Source: Patescibacteria group bacterium (GTDB lineage Bacteria; Patescibacteriota; Patescibacteriia; UBA2196). Taken from it: DNA of 64,000 bases. Made by a program: the position numbers and the translations under genes. Below the pieces are notes generated by a model. The model saw only the letters and a list, made by a program, of their open reading frames with translations, had not been told where the DNA came from and made no database searches. The stretch's first letter is position 1, and every line of letters begins with the position of its first letter. Shown piece by piece: positions 54,797-63,251 of this stretch. The stretch covers positions 64,354-128,353 of the forward strand of contig JAQTPI010000001.1 of assembly GCA_028748975.1 (NCBI GenBank), given 5' to 3'.

Positions 54797-54823
54797 TTGA
54801 CACCAATCTTTTTTCATGATAAA
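54797..54823 (+). promoter_or_regulatory. sigma70-type promoter
   Basis: TTGACA-17-TAAAAT. Confidence 0.5.
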
Positions 54824-54904
54824 ATGGAATTATCAAACCAAAAGAAAATTCAAAACCTAAAAAAGCCCGTCTCTACCAAACAGAGTCAAGGCAAGGAGGA
54901 AAAA

Positions 54905-55450
54905 ATGAAAAAAAGTAGCTGGCTGGTACTGTTGATGATTTTTATAGCCATTTTTCAGACAAAATTGGCGTTATCACAGAGTAGCTCTGTTTCTACATCT
55001 CAAAACATTCCGATTTTTTTGGACATTCCCGACAGCGTCGTGATAAATTTTGCCAAATCTTTGACGCCTGGTGCTCTACCACCCACTAATCCGCCGCAGC
55101 CCTGGAAAAAATGGGATATCTGGCCTGGTTATGAAAAATCATATTTCTTAAACTTTGATTATCGGCGATCAAATAACCGAATGCCGTTTATATCTTTTAT
55201 GACTAATTATGATACGGTATATTCTTATTTTATTATTTTTAGGGTTCCTAAAAATCAGATCCAACCAAAGTTTGACCCAATCCTTAATGATCGGAAAGTC
55301 CGAAGAAAAATAATCTTTCACAAAATCGGATATTGGCGTTATTGCTGCCTTTGTGGTGGCCAGGCGATGAATATCACCCCCAATCACATCGCCCGCTCCT
55401 TGGCCGATCTGGAAGGAAATTTTGAACAAGACTATTTGGCTAAACCTTAA
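54905..55450 (+). CDS. hypothetical secreted protein
   Basis: AAGGAGG site and signal peptide MKKSSWLVLLMIFIAIF. The TTG start at 54797 in the ORF track coincides with the -35 of its promoter and is rejected. Confidence 0.45.
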   Translation: MKKSSWLVLLMIFIAIFQTKLALSQSSSVSTSQNIPIFLDIPDSVVINFAKSLTPGALPPTNPPQPWKKWDIWPGYEKSYFLNFDYRRSNNRMPFISFMTNYDTVYSYFIIFRVPKNQIQPKFDPILNDRKVRRKIIFHKIGYWRYCCLCGGQAMNITPNHIARSLADLEGNFEQDYLAKP

Positions 55451-55511
55451 TAGGTTTAGCCAACCCGAAGTCTCATGACTCCGGGTTTTTTTATTTGGCC
55501 TAATGGCCTCC

Positions 55512-55553
55512 TACGAATTACGAATCCCGAGTACTCGGGACGAATATACGAAT
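55512..55553. repeat. family R4 inverted half-sites flanking the TCCCGAGTACTCGGGA palindrome
   Basis: tacgaattacgaatcccgagtactcgggacgaatatacgaat. Confidence 0.6.
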
Positions 55554-55558
55554 GACGG

Positions 55559-55620
55559 TTATCCCCTCCTTAATAAGGAGGGGAAAGGGGAGGTAAACTC
55601 GCCGATAGGCGCGTATTATT
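55559..55620. repeat. family R3 module
   Basis: ttatcccctccttaataaggaggggaaaggggaggtaaactcgccgataggcgcgtattatt. Confidence 0.65.
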
Positions 55621-55691
55621 TCCGTTTGCTTTTTTGGTATATTTTTGGTACCATTATTTATGTTAATATGTTAAAAAGTTAAAATGCTTTT

Positions 55692-57593
55692 ATGAAGTCA
55701 AAAGATTTGCGTCGCAAATACATTGAATTTTTTAAAGCCAAAGGTCACGTCGAAATTCCTTCGGCTTCTTTACTTCCGGAAAATGATCCTTCCGTGCTTT
55801 TTACCACTGCCGGCATGAGCCCCTTGGTGCCGTTTTTGCTTGGTGAAAAACACCCGGCTGGCGCGCGTTTGGTCAATTCCCAAAAATGCATCCGCACCGG
55901 CGACATTGACGAAGTCGGCGATGGTTTTCACCACACCTTTTTTGAAATGCTCGGCCACTGGTCATTTGATGATTATTGGAAAGATGAAGCGCTGAAAATG
56001 AGTTTTGAATTTGTGACCAAAGAACTTGGCCTGGATAAAAAATATCTGGCCGTTTCTGTTTTTGAAGGCGACAAAAACGCGCCGCGCGACGATGAATCCA
56101 TTGAGGTTTGGAAAAAGTTGGGTATTGATGAAAAAAGAATAAAACCGCTACCCAAAGACAGTAATTGGTGGGAGCCAACAGGCGATAATGGCCCCTGCGG
56201 CCCCTGTACTGAAATGTTCTATTGGACCGGCGACAAAAAATTCGTGCCCGATGTTTTTGACCCGGCCGATAAAAATTGGGTAGAAATCGGCAATGATGTT
56301 TTGATGCAGTATGAAAAAGTGGGGGAGAATAAATATAAAATTGCCAAGCAAAAAAATATTGATAACGGCACCGGCTTGGAGCGTTTGCTGGCCGTGATGA
56401 ATGGTTTGGATGACGACTACCGCACTGATTTATTTTGGCCGATAATACAGAAAATTGAAGAGCTTTCTGGTAAAACCTACGACCTCACCCCCGACCCTCT
56501 CCTTGTAAAGGAGAGGGGGACCAGCGACACTGTGCGTTCTATGCGCATCATCGCCGACCACCTGCGTGCCGCTACATTTATTATGGGCGATAATCTTGGT
56601 GTGGCGTCATCTAACTTGGATCAGGGTTATGTCGTGCGCAAACTCATTCGCCGCGCTATTAGACACGGTAAATTAATTGGAATTGATAAAAACTTCTGCT
56701 CCGAAATCGCGGAAATAATTATCAATTTAATGAAAGGTGTCTATTCGGAGTTAGAAAAGAATAAAGAATTTGTGATTTCTAATATGAAAGAGGAGGAAGA
56801 AAAATTTAGAAAAACGTTAGAAAAAGGATTGAAGGTTTTGACCACTCATATGAGAGCAAGAGATAAGGGAGATATAATAAATCAAGAAAATATTCCAAAT
56901 TGTTCACCGGTAGACGGAGTCAAGGGATATGTTCCACCGGTAATAACGGGGGATTGGTTATTTGATATTTATCAGAAACTTGGTTTTCCTCTGGAATTAT
57001 CATTAGAGGAAATACAAAAGGAACAAAAAATTAATAAATTTGATTTAGAGAGAATTAAAAATGAGTTTGAAGAAGAGATGAAAAAACACCAAGATCTTTC
57101 CCGCACTGCTTCGGCCGGGAAATTCAAAGGTGGCCTTGCCAATCAAAGCGAAATGGCGATAAAATATCACACTGCCACGCACCTGACTCTGGCGGCATTA
57201 CGAAAAGTTTTAGGCGAACATGTTTTCCAGCGCGGATCAAATATCACCGACGAAAGAATGCGCCTGGATTTTTCTCATGGCGAAAAAATGACTCCGGAAC
57301 AAATCAAGCAAGTGGAAAACATTGTTAATGAACAAATCCAAAAAAACCTGCCCGTGGAATGCGAAGAAATGAATGTGGACGAGGCAAAAAATTCCGGCGC
57401 CATGGGAATTTTTGAAAACAAATATGGTGAAAGAGTAAAAGTTTATTCTGTCGGCGCGGGCGATGTTTGTTTTTCCAAAGAAATCTGCGGCGGGCCGCAC
57501 GTGGAAAATACCAGCGAGCTTGGCCACTTTAAAATTTTGAAAGAAGAAGCGAGTTCCGCTGGTGTACGTAGAATAAAAGCAGTTCTCTCCTAG
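55692..57593 (+). CDS. alaS: alanyl-tRNA synthetase, truncated form lacking the C-terminal C-Ala domain
   Basis: Class II catalytic core plus the editing domain (HTATHLTLAAL...CGGPH). Only 633 aa. Contains an in-frame palindromic repeat at 56487-56523 and a Lys/Glu-rich insertion. Confidence 0.88.
   Translation: MKSKDLRRKYIEFFKAKGHVEIPSASLLPENDPSVLFTTAGMSPLVPFLLGEKHPAGARLVNSQKCIRTGDIDEVGDGFHHTFFEMLGHWSFDDYWKDEALKMSFEFVTKELGLDKKYLAVSVFEGDKNAPRDDESIEVWKKLGIDEKRIKPLPKDSNWWEPTGDNGPCGPCTEMFYWTGDKKFVPDVFDPADKNWVEIGNDVLMQYEKVGENKYKIAKQKNIDNGTGLERLLAVMNGLDDDYRTDLFWPIIQKIEELSGKTYDLTPDPLLVKERGTSDTVRSMRIIADHLRAATFIMGDNLGVASSNLDQGYVVRKLIRRAIRHGKLIGIDKNFCSEIAEIIINLMKGVYSELEKNKEFVISNMKEEEEKFRKTLEKGLKVLTTHMRARDKGDIINQENIPNCSPVDGVKGYVPPVITGDWLFDIYQKLGFPLELSLEEIQKEQKINKFDLERIKNEFEEEMKKHQDLSRTASAGKFKGGLANQSEMAIKYHTATHLTLAALRKVLGEHVFQRGSNITDERMRLDFSHGEKMTPEQIKQVENIVNEQIQKNLPVECEEMNVDEAKNSGAMGIFENKYGERVKVYSVGAGDVCFSKEICGGPHVENTSELGHFKILKEEASSAGVRRIKAVLS
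56487..56523. repeat. family R3 module inside the alaS CDS
   Basis: cccccgaccctctccttgtaaaggagagggggacc. Near-identical to 21147-21178 in the opposite orientation. Confidence 0.7.
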
Positions 57594-57594
57594 T

Positions 57595-57638
57595 GTCATC
57601 CTGACGACCCCGAGGCCTCGGGGGAGGAAGGATCTCGT
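57595..57638 (+). repeat. family R1 element, 2 nt after the alaS stop
   Basis: gtcatcctgacgaccccgaggcctcgggggaggaaggatctcgt. Confidence 0.75.
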
Positions 57639-57639
57639 A

Positions 57640-57765
57640 AATATCCCCTCCTTTCGAAGGAGGGGTGCGAGCGAGAGCGAGCGGGGTGGTTGTGGTAGAA
57701 TATTTTTACAACCCCTCCGTTCCGCTGCGGCGGAACACCTCCCCTTCGAAAGGGGAGGATAACGA
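57640..57765. repeat. family R3 composite module
   Basis: atcccctcctttcgaaggaggggtg...cctccccttcgaaaggggagg with ccgttccgctgcggcggaac. Confidence 0.7.
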
Positions 57766-57808
57766 CGAGATCCCTCGTCGTCCCGCGCCCGTGACTCCTC
57801 GGGATGAC
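57765..57808 (-). repeat. family R1 element
   Basis: acgagatccctcgtcgtcccgcgcccgtgactcctcgggatgac. Confidence 0.7.
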
Positions 57809-57824
57809 ACCCCACTAAAACTTT

Positions 57825-59039
57825 ATGGACCCCAAAACCTACCAACCAACCCATAATTACCAACCTCCGGAAAAAGCCAAAAAAAGCAAAAAGGCCAAAT
57901 GGCTTGGCCGGTTGTTTTTTCTGGTTCTGATTGCCGCGGTCATCGTGGTGCTTTTTGGTTTTGTTTTGCCGACCGCGGAAGTGACTGTCTATTTTTCTTC
58001 CACGGATTTGAGCAAGGACTATGAAGTTGTTTTGGACCAAAATTTAAACAGTCCTGATTCCGCGCGGCTGTCACTCCCGGCGCGGGTCTATGAAGAAACA
58101 GGGGAGGAACAGAAAAAATTTCAAACCACCGGCAAAAAAGATATGGGCGACAAGGCCTCCGGCTCGGCCACTTTTTTCAACTATACCGGCCGGCCCTATC
58201 CTTTGACTCCGACCGTGGAATTAAATCATTCATCCGGAAAGATTTATATTTTAAAAAGCGAATTAACCATTCCCGCTGCCACCGTTTCCGATACTGGTGA
58301 AATTGTGCCCGGAAAAATTCAAGGCGATGTGGAAGGCAAGGATGCCGGCGATTCTTTCAACCAAGCCGCCGGCCGTCTTAATCTTTCCATTTTAACACCG
58401 GAACTGCAAAGCAAAGTTTACGCCGATGTTGGGGCAATCAGCGGCGGCACCAGTAAATTAGTGTCCGTAATTTCGCAGGAAGATTTGGACAATGCTCAAA
58501 ATGAATTAAGCAATACCCTGACTTTGAAATTGAAAACAAAAATTAGGGATCGCCTAAAAAAGAATGAAGAAATGATGCGCGATGAACTCACCAATTTTGA
58601 AATTTTGAGCTCGGAAAAAAGCGTGGAGCTGGACAAAGAAGCCAAGGACTTTGATATGAAAATTACGGGCAAACTCAAAACCCTCGCCTTTAATGAAACC
58701 GAATTGAAGAATTTTCTCAAAACCCGCAGTCTAACCGATTTGCCTTCGGACAAAATGATCGCGGAAGATGATTTGGGTGAACTGCAAATCGCGGTTGATC
58801 AGGCCGATTTCAGTTTGGGCGTGGCTAAATTGAAAGTCAAAGCGACCTATAAAACTTTCCCCAAAACCGATTTGAGTTCGCTCCGCGATAAAATCAAAGG
58901 CCTCTCGGAAGTGGACGCCCGCCGCCTAATTTTAGGCACGGAAAACATCCGCGATGTTCATTTCAGTTTTTCTTTCAATCTTTGGAACAAACTGCCGACC
59001 AATGTCAATAAAATAAAAATCAAGGTGGGGAACAAATAG
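57825..59039 (+). CDS. hypothetical membrane-anchored protein (paralog of 6892-8022)
   Basis: N-terminal transmembrane helix and a long extracytoplasmic domain with a shared C-terminal motif. Confidence 0.5.
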   Translation: MDPKTYQPTHNYQPPEKAKKSKKAKWLGRLFFLVLIAAVIVVLFGFVLPTAEVTVYFSSTDLSKDYEVVLDQNLNSPDSARLSLPARVYEETGEEQKKFQTTGKKDMGDKASGSATFFNYTGRPYPLTPTVELNHSSGKIYILKSELTIPAATVSDTGEIVPGKIQGDVEGKDAGDSFNQAAGRLNLSILTPELQSKVYADVGAISGGTSKLVSVISQEDLDNAQNELSNTLTLKLKTKIRDRLKKNEEMMRDELTNFEILSSEKSVELDKEAKDFDMKITGKLKTLAFNETELKNFLKTRSLTDLPSDKMIAEDDLGELQIAVDQADFSLGVAKLKVKATYKTFPKTDLSSLRDKIKGLSEVDARRLILGTENIRDVHFSFSFNLWNKLPTNVNKIKIKVGNK

Positions 59040-59092
59040 TGCGTTTTTTTACACAAGGAATAATAAAAACTCAAAAAACATGGAGGATTGTT

Positions 59093-59539
59093 ATGAAAAT
59101 TAGAATAGCTGTTGTGGTCATGGTCTTTTTTGAAGGCCGGATACTTATTGGTAAAAAACGTTCTGATTCTTCAAAATCGTTTGCTGGTAAATGGCATATT
59201 CCTGGTGGAGATTTAAAATCAGGAGAAAAACTTTTAACAGGCGCATGCAGAGAAATATCTGAGGAAACCGGCCTTAAAATTGATTCAAAAAAAATACGGC
59301 AGATTGATGTGATTGGTTTTCTTAAACCCGACCAAGATGAATTCGTAAATATTCTTTGGTTGTATACAAAATTAGAAGCGAAAACAGAAAAAGAACGAGC
59401 TGCAATTTTGAATGCCAAGCCCAATGGAGATTTAGAAGCAATTAAATGGATTTTACCAAAAGATATTTTTTGTGAGCTGGATATATTATCTTTAAGTAGA
59501 ATGCCAACTTCCGCTAAAGTACTCTTAGAGAAGATCTAA
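59093..59539 (+). CDS. NUDIX hydrolase
   Basis: Nudix box GGDLKSGEKLLTGACREISEETGL. GGAGG site. Confidence 0.8.
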   Translation: MKIRIAVVVMVFFEGRILIGKKRSDSSKSFAGKWHIPGGDLKSGEKLLTGACREISEETGLKIDSKKIRQIDVIGFLKPDQDEFVNILWLYTKLEAKTEKERAAILNAKPNGDLEAIKWILPKDIFCELDILSLSRMPTSAKVLLEKI

Positions 59540-59562
59540 TTTTTATAGAGTAAAAATAACAA

Positions 59563-59598
59563 AAGCCAGTTGTTCCGACTGGCTTTTTATTTTCATTT
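59563..59598 (+). terminator. intrinsic terminator after the NUDIX gene
   Basis: agccagt-tgttccg-actggct followed by TTTTTATTTT. Confidence 0.75.
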
Positions 59599-59606
59599 GA
59601 CAAACT

Positions 59607-59635
59607 TTTTTATCGGCGTTAAGATAGAAATATAT
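59607..59635 (+). promoter_or_regulatory. sigma70-type promoter
   Basis: TTGACA-17-TAAGAT. Shares the 19-mer TTATTTTCATTTGACAAAC with the 60305 promoter. Confidence 0.5.
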
Positions 59636-59666
59636 TCACAAATTATCAAACAAAAAGGAGGTAAAA

Positions 59667-60242
59667 ATGGGAGTGCCACAACAAGGCGACTGGAAGACCG
59701 TTGCCAAACCAGGATGGTTTGGTGAAGCAAAAAATGATATGTTGGCTCATTTTGACCAAGACTACGGCGCGGGAAACTGGCGCATTCGGCATCGCTTGGG
59801 ACCGCGTCTACTGAATCTACCAGAAGCATTGCGGCTGTATGAACTTTGTTATGAACTACACTTCCTTAATCCTAACACCAGATTTCTGTGGACAAAATTA
59901 TTTGAGCAGGCTTGTGAAGTTTGGACAGAATATGAATCAGACGTTGAATCGGGATTAGACTATAGTATCCAAAAAGCCAAAGCGCCCCACTACGAGGATG
60001 TTTCAATTCGTATCATTATGAAACAATATGGACACCAATTCGGGGGCGAACGATTAATCCGCGTCCGTGCTGACAGTAATGACGTAATTGGCATCGCCCT
60101 CAGTTCCATTCATATTCCGTTTGTTTTTCCGGAATTTATTGAAAGTGACGCGCACGGAGTTCAATGGTGGAATAGACACCGGGGGTCGCTGGAACACTTC
60201 TGGCACGCCAATAAAGAGCTTCAAGTTGCTTTCAAAAAATAA
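59667..60242 (+). CDS. hypothetical protein
   Basis: Strong AAAGGAGG site and a promoter at 59607-59635. Higher GC than the flanks. Confidence 0.5.
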   Translation: MGVPQQGDWKTVAKPGWFGEAKNDMLAHFDQDYGAGNWRIRHRLGPRLLNLPEALRLYELCYELHFLNPNTRFLWTKLFEQACEVWTEYESDVESGLDYSIQKAKAPHYEDVSIRIIMKQYGHQFGGERLIRVRADSNDVIGIALSSIHIPFVFPEFIESDAHGVQWWNRHRGSLEHFWHANKELQVAFKK

Positions 60243-60304
60243 GGTATGTAAGACATCGCGGAGCCATCATCGGTTCCGCCTTTTTATTTGAAAGTTATTT
60301 TCAT

Positions 60305-60333
60305 TTGACAAACCTTTCCCCATGCTCTATAAT
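60305..60333 (+). promoter_or_regulatory. sigma70-type promoter of the infA/alpha-operon region
   Basis: TTGACA-17-TATAAT. Confidence 0.65.
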
Positions 60334-60337
60334 TACC

Positions 60338-60567
60338 CTAGACCCTAATGTTTGGGGCTTATATTCTTACAATGGAATACTTCCTAAACCCGAAAGTTTT
60401 GGCTAACCTTAGCCAAAAATATGACTTTTGGGTGGTAGGTTTTGTAAGAAATATGAGCTATCCACAAAAGAAAGCTCGTATTTTTTTAGTGCTTTTTGTC
60501 ATTCCGAACTTGTTTCGGAATCTCAAAAGTAGATGCTGAAATAAATTCAGCATGACAAACAAAATAA
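60338..60567 (+). ncRNA. candidate structured leader or sRNA between the 60305 promoter and infA
   Basis: Hairpins ttggctaa-cc-ttagccaa, attccgaa-cttgtt-tcggaat, atgctgaa-ataaa-ttcagcat and a terminator-like gagct..agctc-T7 at 60456-60490. The ORF-track product at 60348 is low-complexity. Confidence 0.25.
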
Positions 60568-60897
60568 ATGACTGAACCAATCAAAAAAGAAGAAGAAATA
60601 ATCACGCCCGCTCCTGTAACTCCGGTTAGTTCAACGGCGCCTGTTTCTGGTGATAATAATGAAGATTTTTCCCGTTTCAAAATCAATAAAAAGGGTTTTA
60701 TGGAAATTGACGGCGAAGTGGTGGAAACTCTGCCCAGCATCACTTTTAAGGTGCGCTTGGAAAACGACCACGAAGTTTTGGCCCGTCTTTCCGGCCGCAT
60801 GCGCCTGAATAAAATTATGCTTTTGCCTGGCGACCGGGTGCGCGTGGAAATGACACCTTATGATTTGAATAAAGGGAGGATTACGTATAGGTACTAA
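60568..60897 (+). CDS. infA: translation initiation factor IF-1 with an N-terminal extension
   Basis: C-terminal ~70 aa match the IF-1 S1-like fold ([24 protein letters not shown]...[17 protein letters not shown]). Confidence 0.8.
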   Translation: MTEPIKKEEEIITPAPVTPVSSTAPVSGDNNEDFSRFKINKKGFMEIDGEVVETLPSITFKVRLENDHEVLARLSGRMRLNKIMLLPGDRVRVEMTPYDLNKGRITYRY

Positions 60898-60992
60898 AAT
60901 AAAAACTCAAAACTCAGACAACAAAACCCAGAATATGATAACAATTCCATTTTTTGAGTTTTGCTAATTGGGTTTTGAGTTTTGAAATAATT

Positions 60993-61109
60993 ATGAAAGT
61001 CCAATCTTCGGTAAAAAAAATTTGCAAAGACTGTCAAACCCTGCGGCGCAAAAACCGCGTATTTGTGATTTGCAAAAAAAACCCGAAGCATAAGCAGAGA
61101 CAAGGCTAA
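60993..61109 (+). CDS. rpmJ: 50S ribosomal protein L36
   Basis: 38-aa [15 protein letters not shown]...[21 protein letters not shown]. Not in the ORF track (too short). Confidence 0.8.
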   Translation: MKVQSSVKKICKDCQTLRRKNRVFVICKKNPKHKQRQG

Positions 61110-61129
61110 ACTTAATAAATTAAGTAAGC

Positions 61130-61200
61130 ACCAAATCCCAAATTCCAAAATACAAACAATTGGCGCTCCGCGCCAACCGTTTGGAACTTGGTGCTTGTAA
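61130..61200. repeat. inverted-array element (R6 family), upstream of rpsM
   Basis: gcaccaaatcccaaattccaaaatacaaac...gtttggaacttggtgcttg. Confidence 0.6.
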
Positions 61201-61219
61201 TTTGTAATTTAAATATTTT

Positions 61220-61609
61220 ATGGCTCGTATCGCTGGTGTCAACCTACCCAATGATAAAAAAATTGATGTCGCTTTGACCTACCTTTATGGCATTGGTCTG
61301 ACTTTGGCGCTCAAAATTTTGGCCGACATGAAAGTTGACAGAAATAAGCGCGTCAAGGAATTAACCGATGACGAAGTTAATGGTTTGCGCAATGAAATTG
61401 AAAAAAAATACCGCGTGGAAGGTGAATTGCGCCGTGAAATTTTGGGCAACATCAAACGCTTGAAAGAAATTAGTTGCTATCGCGGCAGCCGCCATTCCAA
61501 AAATTTACCAGTCAGGGGCCAGCGCACCAAAACCAATTCCCGTACCGTGCGCGGCAACAAGCGTCACACCATGGGCTCGGGCCGCAAACCAGCCGGACAA
61601 AAAACCTAA
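61220..61609 (+). CDS. rpsM: 30S ribosomal protein S13
   Basis: [10 protein letters not shown]....GIG S13 signature. Confidence 0.95.
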   Translation: MARIAGVNLPNDKKIDVALTYLYGIGLTLALKILADMKVDRNKRVKELTDDEVNGLRNEIEKKYRVEGELRREILGNIKRLKEISCYRGSRHSKNLPVRGQRTKTNSRTVRGNKRHTMGSGRKPAGQKT

Positions 61610-61641
61610 AGTTAATTTTTAATTTTCAATAAAATAAAAGT

Positions 61642-62205
61642 ATGTCAGACGAGGTGAAAAAAAATCAAGAAGAAACAGCTCCGGAAACAGCCGGTGTGGT
61701 TGCTAATGAAGAAAAAAAAGAAGGCAGCGAAGTAGTTGTTGAAAACTTGCCAGTGGAAGAAATGAAATTGGTTGAAAACAGTGAAGAAGGAAAATCTGGT
61801 AAAGAAAAAACAGTCACCGTTAAAGGCAAGAAGAAAAAGAAAAAGGAACCGTTTTTGCGCGGTGGCCGGGGACAGGTGCACATCAAATCTTCCTACAATA
61901 ACACCATAATTTCTGTCACCGATTTGAATGGCGCGCTTTTAGTTTGGGCTTCGGCTGGCAAATGCGGCTTTAAAGGGCCTAAAAAAGCCACGCCTTATGC
62001 CGCTGGCGTGATTGTTAAATCTTTAATTGATAATATTAAATCTTTTGGTATTAAAGAAGCGGAAGTTTTTGTTAAGGGCCTCGGCATGGGTCGTGAAGCC
62101 GCGGTTAGAGCTTTGGGAGTTAATGGCATCCAGGTTATTTCCATCAAAGATGTTACTCCAGTTGCCCATGGTGGAGTTCGAGCTAAAAAAGCGCGAAGAA
62201 TTTAA
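61642..62205 (+). CDS. rpsK: 30S ribosomal protein S11 with an acidic/Lys-rich N-terminal extension
   Basis: C-terminal ~120 aa are canonical S11. Confidence 0.9.
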   Translation: MSDEVKKNQEETAPETAGVVANEEKKEGSEVVVENLPVEEMKLVENSEEGKSGKEKTVTVKGKKKKKKEPFLRGGRGQVHIKSSYNNTIISVTDLNGALLVWASAGKCGFKGPKKATPYAAGVIVKSLIDNIKSFGIKEAEVFVKGLGMGREAAVRALGVNGIQVISIKDVTPVAHGGVRAKKARRI

Positions 62206-62209
62206 TAAA

Positions 62210-62300
62210 TGCGAATTATTGGCGAATTACTTGCGAATTGTGCAAATAGCTACCAAATAATCTGTTCGCAAAATTCGCACAAAATTCGTAAGAATTCGTA
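62210..62300. repeat. family R4 inverted array between rpsK and rpsD
   Basis: tgcgaattattggcgaattacttgcgaatt...ttcgcaaaattcgcacaaaattcgtaagaattcgta, ending 11 nt before the rpsD ATG. Confidence 0.75.
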
Positions 62301-62310
62301 TAAAGTTTTT

Positions 62311-62943
62311 ATGTCAAAAGTTCTTGGACCAAAATGCAGATTATGCCGTCGTCTTGGAGTAAAACTTTGCTCCAAAGGCGAGCGGGGCATGGGCGCTAAA
62401 TGCGCCTTGGTTCGCCGCGCCTATCCGCCGGGCGTGCATGGTCAAAAAGGCTATGGCCGTCTGACCGATTATGGTTTGCATCTGAAAGAAAAACAGAAAT
62501 TGAAAGTGCTTTATGGCATCATGGAGCGCCAGTTGCGCAAATATTTTGAAGAAGCCAAAAGATTCAAATCCAATACCAGCTTTAAATTGATTGAAACCTT
62601 GGAGCGTCGTTTTGATAATGTTGTTTTCCGCCTGGGGCTCGCCAGTTCCCGCCGTCAGGCGCGCCAGTTTGTCAATCATGGTCATTTCTTAATCAATGGC
62701 AAAAAAATGGATATCCCTTCCTATTTGGTGAAAAAGGGCGACGCCATCACTATTAAAAAAGCCAAAATGATGGAAAAAGGCCCCATGAGTGAAAATTTAA
62801 AAATGATTGCTAAAAAAGAAACGCCGGCTTGGTTAATTTGGAATGATGTTGAAAAGAAAGGCCAGATTATTGAAATGCCTTCGGGCAAAGATTTGGACGT
62901 CGGCGTGGACACCAAGTTGATTGTGGAACACTATTCTCGTTAA
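62311..62943 (+). CDS. rpsD: 30S ribosomal protein S4
   Basis: Zn-ribbon-like N-terminus (CRLCRR...C) and an S4 domain. The start is set at MSKVLGPK, because the ORF-track start translates the upstream repeat array. Confidence 0.9.
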   Translation: MSKVLGPKCRLCRRLGVKLCSKGERGMGAKCALVRRAYPPGVHGQKGYGRLTDYGLHLKEKQKLKVLYGIMERQLRKYFEEAKRFKSNTSFKLIETLERRFDNVVFRLGLASSRRQARQFVNHGHFLINGKKMDIPSYLVKKGDAITIKKAKMMEKGPMSENLKMIAKKETPAWLIWNDVEKKGQIIEMPSGKDLDVGVDTKLIVEHYSR

Positions 62944-63006
62944 TTTTTAATTTATAAAAATTTATATAGATTTATTTTCAAATTTATGTAAATTTATTAA
63001 AAATAT

Positions 63007-63207
63007 ATGGAAAAAAACTTTGAAAACGACAAAAATCCAGAGCAGACCACTTATGTGGTCAGTGATAAATTAAGAGAAATTAACATGAAGAATCCCAAGG
63101 GAATTGAGATAGTTCATTCCGATGGAAAAAGGGAAATTTTAGATAATAGTATTAAAACTTTAAAAATGAAAGATGAAAACGGAAATGTAATATCGATCAT
63201 GAATTAA
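63007..63207 (+). CDS. hypothetical small protein
   Basis: 66-aa ORF in the rpsD-rpoA spacer with a weak ribosome-binding site. Confidence 0.2.
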   Translation: MEKNFENDKNPEQTTYVVSDKLREINMKNPKGIEIVHSDGKREILDNSIKTLKMKDENGNVISIMN

Positions 63208-63251
63208 TTTAATAATTTTAATTGGCATTTAAAAATGCCGAAAATAAAAAT

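Noticed and set aside
60348-60539. 63-aa ORF at 60348-60539
   Set aside because: It lies in the hairpin-dense leader between a consensus promoter and infA. It has no ribosome-binding site and its sequence is low-complexity. Treated as non-coding leader.
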